From the human T2T-CHM13v2.0 reference genome, Homo sapiens, in assembly GCF_009914755.1 (NCBI RefSeq), contig NC_060929.1: DNA of 64,000 nucleotides; one strand, written 5' to 3'. Shown piece after piece: positions 58,684-64,000 of the stretch; within the stretch, counting starts at the first letter, position 1; each line of letters opens with the position of its first letter. Below the pieces are notes generated by a model. That model was not told where the DNA came from. It saw nothing but the letters and a program-made list of their open reading frames with translations, and did not search any database. The translations under genes were made by a program, and so were the position numbers.

Positions 58684-59267
58684 GTAAGCGAGTGGGGATG
58701 CGCTGGGGAGGCTTGGCTGAGGACAGGGGGGTCGACTTTTCTGTGGTCTCCACTTGGTCTGTTCTGAGCAACGCTGCTCTCGGAAGATGTTGAACCAACT
58801 TGGGGACTCCGGGATGGAGAGGAGTGGGAAAATTGTAGGCAATGACACTTTAGGACTGGGAACTGAGTTTGGAGCTCGGTTATCTTGAAAAAGGAAAGGG
58901 AGCGAGCTGGGGTCTTAGTAGTTAGGGTTAAATGCTCCAAGTTCTGGCCATGATAACTTTAGATGTGATCTCCTCTGTTTGGCTCTGAAGAAGGGAACAA
59001 GTATCAGTAGTAGCCTGGAGATTTCAGTCGACCCATTTGCAGTCTCATCTCTCTCCCTCCCACATCTTTTGGATACTTAAAAAAAAAAAAGGAAAGAAAG
59101 AAAAGAAAACCTGGGGGTTTGGGGGAGAGATACTGAATTTTATTTGGTGGCTGGGGGACGTGGTTTCAGAAACTTTGCCCAAACTTGGAAATGTGGGTGC
59201 TGAAGATTTTCAAGGGAAGTAGCTTTCTGCCTAGTGGATGCTTCTTCCAACCCCATCCCCCATTCTC

Positions 59268-59301
<34 letters not shown>

Positions 59302-62300
59302 CCAAATTATTACCCCAAAGTGCTTTGAGCACTTTACAGTTTTTTTCCCCTCTGCCTCATTCTTCTTTCTGACCCTTAGCTTTCTGTAAAACAGTGAGCA
59401 GCCCATAACTGACTTAAATTCTGAAATGGGTTAAGAGCAAATTTCTGAAGCTTGCCTTTTAAAAATAGATTTGTTTATTTCAATTAGTCTTTGGGCAGAA
59501 TGTTTAAAATAATAATAGCAGCTTGCGATCCAATGATTGTTAAAGTCATATTGGTGATTCATGAGAAGTCTTCTCGACCCAAATCCGAACATTAAAAAGG
59601 GGGAAGAGGGAGAAATCACTTGCAAATATTTCTTGCTAGGTATGAGATAGGTACTTATAACCGTGAAATGGTAGGAAGACTCCCCCCTCCCCCCACCTTA
59701 AGGCATTACTTTCCCTGCTTCAGCGTTAACATTTTAAGTATGTTGTAAACTGCCCTCCTGGGCACTGCCCCTCGCCGTCTGCATGGCACTGCGCTGGGTT
59801 GCCCGCCTTTAGAGGAGAGGCTCTGCCTGGTGCCCGGACGTGGGCGCGGAGGAAAGCAGCCCTCGGAGATTTCGAAAGATCGCGGTGGCCGCGGGCGTGC
59901 TCCGGTCTGGCGGATTGCAAAACGGGCCCGTCGGGCTGGCTGCGCCTGGAGGCCGCGCGGGGTAGCTCCGGGCTGGGCCGGGTTGCTTTTTTGCTTTCAT
60001 TTTTCAGAAGTGCCTTTTGCTTGATCTGTTTCTCTCTCTCTCTCTTTCTTTTCTTTCTTCCTCTCTCTCTTTCTTTCTTCCTTTTTTTCTTTCTTTCTCT
60101 TTCTTTTCTTTCTTTCTCTTCTTTCTTTTCTTTCTTTCTTTCTCTTTCCTTCTCCCTCTCTCTCCCCTCCATCTCTCCTCTCTCCTCTCTCTCGTTCTCT
60201 TACTTTCTTAACCCCTGTCACAAATAATTCCTGTACCCGCCTACATGAAACCAGCATGTAAAAACATCCGTCGCATCCTGTTTTTGTCAGGTTCTTTAAT
60301 CTGCTCTTCGAGTCTCTGCAGGTTATGAAATGGGACGAATAAAAGTAAACAGTCTAGTAAAAGTCAATGCAAGCTGCACGTGTTGTGTCTGGGTCACTGG
60401 TAACTGACATTGATATGGCTGGGGCGCCCTGTCTTCTCCCTCTCTCCCTCCCTCCCTCTCGCCCACCTCCCATCTCTGTGATCAGGGCTTCCCCCTCCAC
60501 TGCCTTCTTTTTCCACCCCTCCACCCCTTTCGATTTATTTCCTACTTTTCTCCCGCGTCTCTCTCACTTCCCCTCCTCCACGCTCACCCCCTCCCCATCC
60601 CCGCCGGGTCTCCTTCGCTAGCCACCTCGCTCTCCCTGCCCTGCCACCGCTCACTGCTCACTCACCCACCTCCCCACCCTTGTCTCTTCACAGCTGGGAA
60701 CTGCTGGCTCCGTCAAGCGAAGAACGGCCGCTGCCAGGTCCTGTACAAGACCGAACTGAGCAAGGAGGAGTGCTGCAGCACCGGCCGGCTGAGCACCTCG
60801 TGGACCGAGGAGGACGTGAATGACAACACACTCTTCAAGTGGATGATTTTCAACGGGGGCGCCCCCAACTGCATCCCCTGTAAAGGTAGGACTCCTTCTT
60901 CCCAACTTGCAGGCCCTCAGTAGAGGGCGTCTTACCCTTAGCTTCCCCACTACCTGACTGGGGTTTGGGAGTAGGAGAGCTTTGTTCCTGGGCTTCCCCT
61001 TCCTGTCCCTTGCCCTGGTAAGCCGTGCAGACTCTAATTCTGCCTGTTACAGGCTGTAGGGAATACACGCCAGACTTCTTAGCCAAGTGTGGTGGTGAAA
61101 CCCACCAACCTGTGCTCCTTAATGAGAGAGATCTGGGTGTGGGGCACAGCCCAAGGTCCACACTCTTTCACCAACTCCCAATATTCCAGGAGAGAGCCTG
61201 GGGCCCCTCCAGCGCAAACTCAGGGCTGCATGATTGCGCAAGGCACCCGAAGCCCTCCTGGCTGACCTGCAGACTGCCTGGCTCTGGTTTTAATCCATGC
61301 CTGTTTCTAACTCACAGAAACGTGTGAGAACGTGGACTGTGGACCTGGGAAAAAATGCCGAATGAACAAGAAGAACAAACCCCGCTGCGTCTGCGCCCCG
61401 GATTGTTCCAACATCACCTGGAAGGGTCCAGTCTGCGGGCTGGATGGGAAAACCTACCGCAATGAATGTGCACTCCTAAAGGCAAGATGTAAAGAGCAGC
61501 CAGAACTGGAAGTCCAGTACCAAGGCAGATGTAAAAGTAGGTCCTACCCTGTTGAGCAAGACTGGATCTGTCCCCTCCTCCAGCTTTGTACCTAAAGTAG
61601 ACCCTCTAGAAGACCCTTGGGGGATGGTGTAGTCCGCAGTAAGAGCCTGATAATAGTAATACTGAAACCAAATAAAGGAGTCCTTTTCTAACCTCTAGAG
61701 ATTCATTAAGAACACTGAGGGGACCAACCTAGTCATAGATTCTCTCTTGAAAACTACAGGGCTCCCTAAGTGCCTTTTGAAAGCTGGATGCTTCAGTGTC
61801 ATGATTTCCTTGGTAACTTCAAGTGCTCACTCCCTAAGGACTAGAAGGTACCTATTCATGTGTGTTTCCTTCTTTGTTCCAGAGACTTGTCGGGATGTTT
61901 TCTGTCCAGGCAGCTCCACATGTGTGGTGGACCAGACCAATAATGCCTACTGTGTGACCTGTAATCGGATTTGCCCAGAGCCTGCTTCCTCTGAGCAATA
62001 TCTCTGTGGGAATGATGGAGTCACCTACTCCAGTGCCTGCCACCTGAGAAAGGCTACCTGCCTGCTGGGCAGATCTATTGGATTAGCCTATGAGGGAAAG
62101 TGTATCAGTAGGTATTCTGGATTGAGGAAGGAAAAAGAGAAAACAGGCTAGTTCTATTATTAAACTGTGGGGTTAACTAATAAGTAAAGCCCAAGGCGTC
62201 CCCAAACACCATAGGGAGAAATACGCTGCAATTTGGGGAAAGTGTTGTGACCACAGTATTCCTCATGGAAACCATTGTCTTCTGGAGGCATTGACACATA

Positions 62301-63845
62301 TATTCAAATGCCAGCAGGAAGCAAGGAACAGTATTCCGTCTTAGAAAACTTAGAACTTACTCAATTTTACACATTTTTTTAAGTGCCAGACTTGCTGGAA
62401 GCGAAAAATAATTACTTAGCAGTTCCAGAAATCTGTTGTCAGATTCTAGTAATTAATGGAATTCTTTCTTTTGTAAAAGATCCCACTTGTGGGAAATAAT
62501 AAGATACATATTTAACTTGAGAATATTGTAAAATCCTGTTCTTAAAAAAATACCCTTTTAATGCACTAATGTAGTATGTAAGAAACTGCAGGGGTTTTGT
62601 GCGTGTGTATGTGTGTGTGCATTTGAGTTTCAGTTTTATTATCCAGCATTTTTGCATAATATCTCCATTACCCCCATTAGTAATAGGCTATTACTATTAT
62701 GTTTATATAAAATAAATTATGTTTATATTTATTGATAGAGGACTAGAGAAAGGGAGAAAAGGGGGATATGGGGAAATCAGTTTACTCATCACAGATGTAT
62801 TATATCCTAGAAGCAAAGTCCTGTGAAGATATCCAGTGCACTGGTGGGAAAAAATGTTTATGGGATTTCAAGGTTGGGAGAGGCCGGTGTTCCCTCTGTG
62901 ATGAGCTGTGCCCTGACAGTAAGTCGGATGAGCCTGTCTGTGCCAGTGACAATGCCACTTATGCCAGCGAGTGTGCCATGAAGGAAGCTGCCTGCTCCTC
63001 AGGTGTGCTACTGGAAGTAAAGCACTCCGGATCTTGCAACTGTAAGTGCGATTTTTAACCTTGCTGCCATTTAAGGCTTTCCCAGGCAATCCCTAGGGAA
63101 TGGACACTTACAAAGCACGCAGATCTCCCATAAATCCATTTCTGTTCAAATTAGGTAGCTGCTAAGTATCACCAGCAATTCAATAATCCACAGAAAATTC
63201 TCTGCGATGTTTCTTGGCTTTTAGGACTTATCTGGTGATCATCAATGGGGTTGCCTCTAGAAATCTATTTCCAGTTGTTTTCCCCTATTTCTTGTGTTTT
63301 GGTAGTGTGCTTTGCTGTTTGCTTTATTAACATTTGAGTCTAAACTAACTGCTTCAAAAGTTTTTTTTTTTTTTCCAACGACAGCTTCATATTATCACAC
63401 ATGGGCTGCTGCTTTTTGCAGTTGCCTCTACTAACTCTGAATTAAGGACCCAAAGCAGTTATACCTAGAACACAAGAGCGCTTTTTATCTAATTTCAGGA
63501 ATCTGCCCGTAAAACCTGAGCCATTGATTCTTCAGAACTTTCTGCAGTTTTTGACTTCATAGATTATGCTTTAAAAAATTTTTTTTAACTTATTGCATAA
63601 CAGCAGATGCCAAAAACAAAAAAAGCATCTCACTGCAAGTCACATAAAAATGCAACGCTGTAATATGGCTGTATCAGAGGGCTTTGAAAACATACACTGA
63701 GCTGCTTCTGCGCTGTTGTTGTCCGTATTTAAACAACAGCTCCCCTGTATTCCCCCATCTAGCCATTTCGGAAGACACCGAGGAAGAGGAGGAAGATGAA
63801 GACCAGGACTACAGCTTTCCTATATCTTCTATTCTAGAGTGGTAA
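58599..63845 (+). CDS. FST: Follistatin precursor, long isoform (FST344/FS315): join(58599..58683,60694..60885,61318..61536,61883..62107,62811..63041,63763..63845)
   Basis: Exons of 85+192+219+225+231+83 = 1035 nt give 344 aa plus TAA, and every junction is GT..AG. Translation runs [47 protein letters not shown]...[27 protein letters not shown], which I recognise as follistatin. Confidence 0.99.
59270..59300 (+). repeat. A31 mononucleotide run in intron 1
   Basis: Read directly from the sequence. Confidence 0.9.
60029..60170 (+). repeat. 142-nt uninterrupted polypyrimidine (TC/TTTC) tract in intron 1
   Basis: No purine on the + strand between 60029 and 60170. Confidence 0.92.
60340..60420 (+). 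promoter_or_regulatory. Intron-1 activin-responsive SMAD/forkhead enhancer
   Basis: GTAAACA (60345-60351) abuts GTCT (60352-60355); also CACGTG 60377-60382, GTCTGG 60387-60392 and ACATTGAT 60407-60414. A SMAD3/FOXL2 element in Fst intron 1 is established in rodents; identifying it with these bases is from memory. Confidence 0.72.
60694..60885 (+). CDS. FST: FST exon 2, N-terminal (TB-like) domain
   Basis: Acceptor tcttcacag; encodes [63 protein letters not shown]; donor G|gtagga; 192 nt. Not listed in the ORF track. Confidence 0.98.
61318..61536 (+). CDS. FST: FST exon 3, follistatin domain 1 (EGF-like + Kazal) with heparin-binding motif [12 protein letters not shown] (61350-61385)
   Basis: Acceptor ctaactcacag, a 10-Cys follistatin-domain pattern, donor A|gtaggt; 219 nt. 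Confidence 0.98.
61883..62107 (+). CDS. FST: FST exon 4, follistatin domain 2
   Basis: Acceptor tttgttccag; encodes [33 protein letters not shown]...GKCI; donor A|gtaggt; 225 nt. Confidence 0.98.
62811..63041 (+). CDS. FST: FST exon 5, follistatin domain 3
   Basis: Acceptor atcctag; encodes [18 protein letters not shown]...KHSGSCN; donor T|gtaagt; 231 nt. Confidence 0.98.
63499..63762 (+). other. FST: Alternative 264-nt 5' extension of the last exon (FST317/FS288 isoform; stop formed across the junction, remainder 3'UTR)
   Basis: Acceptor tttttatctaatttcag at 63497-63498. The exon-5 terminal T plus GA gives TGA, so the CDS is 954 nt (317 aa), matching the known short isoform. Confidence 0.93.
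63763..63845 (+). CDS. FST: FST exon 6 coding part, acidic C-terminal tail of FS315
   Basis: Acceptor tcccccatctag; T+CC completes Ser, then [26 protein letters not shown] and TAA at 63843-63845. Confidence 0.97.
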
Positions 63846-64000
63846 ACTCTCTATAAGTGTTCAGTGTTGACATAGCCTTTGTGCAAAAAAAAAAAAAAAA
63901 AAAAAGAAAAAGAAAAAAAGAAAAATATATTGTCCATACTGTAAATAAGTGTATGCTTATTTATTTGGGGGGAAAACTATACATTAAAGGACCTTTGTCC
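63846..64000 (+). other. FST: Start of FST 3'UTR with A21 tract (63885-63905) and an ATTAAA candidate poly(A) signal (63983-63988)
   Basis: Directly follows the TAA; motifs read from the sequence. The UTR probably continues beyond the window. Confidence 0.85.

Larger units (their letters stand above)
57480..58760. promoter_or_regulatory. CpG island / FST promoter and exon 1
   Basis: Abrupt rise in GC and CpG density relative to the preceding 56 kb, GC boxes, and overlap with the start codon. Boundaries are estimated by eye. Confidence 0.92.

Noticed and set aside
57305-58940. Many overlapping 100-180 aa ORFs on both strands around the promoter
   Set aside because: Expected from stop-codon scarcity in a CpG island; they are low-complexity Arg/Pro/Ala/Gly translations. 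Only 58599-58683 belongs to FST.
59726-60257. Lys/Arg/Glu-rich and Phe/Leu/Ser-rich ORFs in intron 1
   Set aside because: They are translations of the TC/TTTC simple repeat.
61881-61884. AGAG at the exon-4 acceptor, and an upstream CAG 16 nt before exon 5
   Set aside because: Either alternative would shift the frame; there is no evidence of use.
62711-62716. AATAAA in intron 4 (others in introns 1 and 3) as intronic poly(A) signals
   Set aside because: The hexamer is common in AT-rich introns and I have no evidence of cleavage there.

Overview
This is mammalian genomic DNA; the Alu content indicates a primate, and the protein matches human follistatin as I recall it. The last ~5.5 kb holds the complete six-exon follistatin gene (FST) on the + strand: ATG at 58599, all introns GT-AG and phase 1, and coding exons summing to 1035 nt (344 aa plus stop, FST344/FS315). 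An alternative last-exon acceptor at 63499 creates a TGA across the splice junction (317 aa, FST317/FS288). A CpG-island promoter lies at about 57.5-58.75 kb and a SMAD/forkhead element lies in intron 1. The first ~56 kb has no protein-coding gene I can support. It consists of Alu, L1, L2, MIR, DNA-transposon relics (MER5, MER20, MER46C-like) and solo LTRs (MER39-like, LTR8, MER67-like), plus unique stretches with enhancer-like motif clusters. Repeat family names come from recalled consensus sequences and need RepeatMasker/Dfam confirmation. I see no convincing new gene or biological system. The best leads are a MER39 + three-MER20 cluster recalling the decidual prolactin promoter, a chain of four abutting palindromes 1.6 kb upstream of the promoter, an unexplained 72-bp duplication 11 kb apart, and an Alu whose middle is replaced by a G-quadruplex tract.
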